A DNA stretch of 64,000 nt from Macrostomum lignano (lineage: Eukaryota): the NCBI GenBank assembly GCA_002269645.1, contig NIVC01000031.1:1054001-1118000 (forward strand). The letters are read 5' to 3'. The notes below the pieces were generated by a model that was given only the letters and a program-made list of their open reading frames with translations, was not told the DNA's origin and did not search any database. Below, one piece after another: positions 62,841 through 64,000 of this stretch. Made by a program: the position numbers and the translations under genes. Numbering within the stretch: the first letter of the stretch is position 1; every line of letters starts with the position of its first letter.

Positions 62841-64000
62841 TCTCCTTTAGTTTCGAGCGATGAAGATCAAAATAAATCTGTTGCTGTTGCTGCTGTTGAA
62901 ATCCAAGCAATATATAAATGTAGCCAAGAGAAAGCATTCAGTTTGTCAATCATTCTGTAACCAGGAAGGCAGCAATATTAACATCTGCCGGATGTGCTTG
63001 CTCTTGCACTTTTGTTTGCATTTTGTTTGAACTCTTTGCAAAAGGAAATTGCTCGTACTGTTCATCAACCGTACATTACAGTAAAAAACTTTTTTGTTCA
63101 AATTTGTATCAACAGACTGCAGGGTGAGGGTGGCCCAGCCCTGCAACAAGTCCGCATCAAAGTTTCCAGGCGTTCAATTCTGTGGTAACACCTTTTTTGA
63201 ATAAGAGATTGAAGACTCACAATGCTTTATAATCGCTGGAGATTATCGTCAGGGAGGGGGGATTGCCCACCCTGACGATTGTCGAATAAACAGCAACGCA
63301 GGCACACGAAATTTAAAAAGAGCACGAACAGATTTTTTGCGCACCTTCTCAAACAAGAATCAAGTCGCCAGCCCTCTGGACCGTCGAGGTATTCGACGAT
63401 TGTGCCAGAAGGTCGGATTTTTCCCGAAAGCGTCAGTGAATTCAATAAACCTCTGTGTGCCAATCAGCACTGCGCCTCAGTGCAGCCTTGCCAAGACTCC
63501 AAATTTCATCAGCACGTCGACCACATGTGTATGAATCAGCTCTGACTTCGTTGGTCACTGGTCTTCACCCAGGCGAAGCTTGTGGACCTTCAACAGGTGG
63601 CACCAGGTGACTGTCGTAACCCTGTTGCGAATTCCTTCAGTTTCGTTGATTAAGCCAGTGGGCATGAACCTCAACTGCTGGACATCCTCAGCTGGTCTCT
63701 CAAGCATTTTGTCATCACCCTGTAACAGTTTACACTTTATTTCATTTAAAAAAATCACTGCACTTTGACCACTCTTCTATCTTAGCAACACTGTTTCACG
63801 ATTTCTTGCTCGTTTCCTGTTTCGCAAATTTCCACAAAGCTGCGCTTTCAACTCGGTTACATTGGGACTTCCCGCTGTGTGCACTGCACGCAAAAGCAGA
63901 GGAGATAATTGGCAGATAGGTAGGGATACAGGGATGGATGCGTAGTCTATCTGCCTTTCTCTCTCTCTGCTTCAAGCTCCAGGTTACAAAGGAATTTCCG

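Noticed and set aside
63227-63768. Fragmentary minus-strand ORFs with a weak caspase/paracaspase-like look
   Set aside because: No QACxG/DxCR or HG catalytic motifs; frames interrupted.

Overview
Animal (invertebrate) genomic DNA with GT-AG introns; no rRNA, tRNA or CRISPR array seen. The style (intron-poor polyQ genes, repeat-Mab21 fusions, RTE elements) suggests a flatworm such as Macrostomum, but that is inference only. Left half (1-34.8 kb): one Roundabout (Robo) receptor gene on the minus strand (signal peptide, 5 Ig, 3 FN3, TM, CC1; only one coding intron), then about 29 kb without recognisable genes, full of micro/minisatellites and two hAT-type MITE families. Right half (34.8-64 kb) is a dense accessory region: a decayed RTE retrotransposon; a Helitron-like element carrying an STPR-repeat/OTU protease gene and a spliced RPA70-like double OB-fold gene; then an innate-immune-like cluster. 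The cluster holds a ~1,400-aa gene fusing ~16 atypical 33-aa helical repeats and ankyrins to a Mab-21/cGAS-like (cGLR) nucleotidyltransferase (three lesions), a CaaX-ending AIG1/GIMAP GTPase fragment, a duplicated cGLR 3' end, an ankyrin/coiled-coil/MAP3K-like kinase, a second cGLR pseudogene hit by an RTE insertion, and a secreted PAN/apple + ALK-type glycine-rich gene. All exon joins and domain calls were made by hand; none has been checked by search or expression data.
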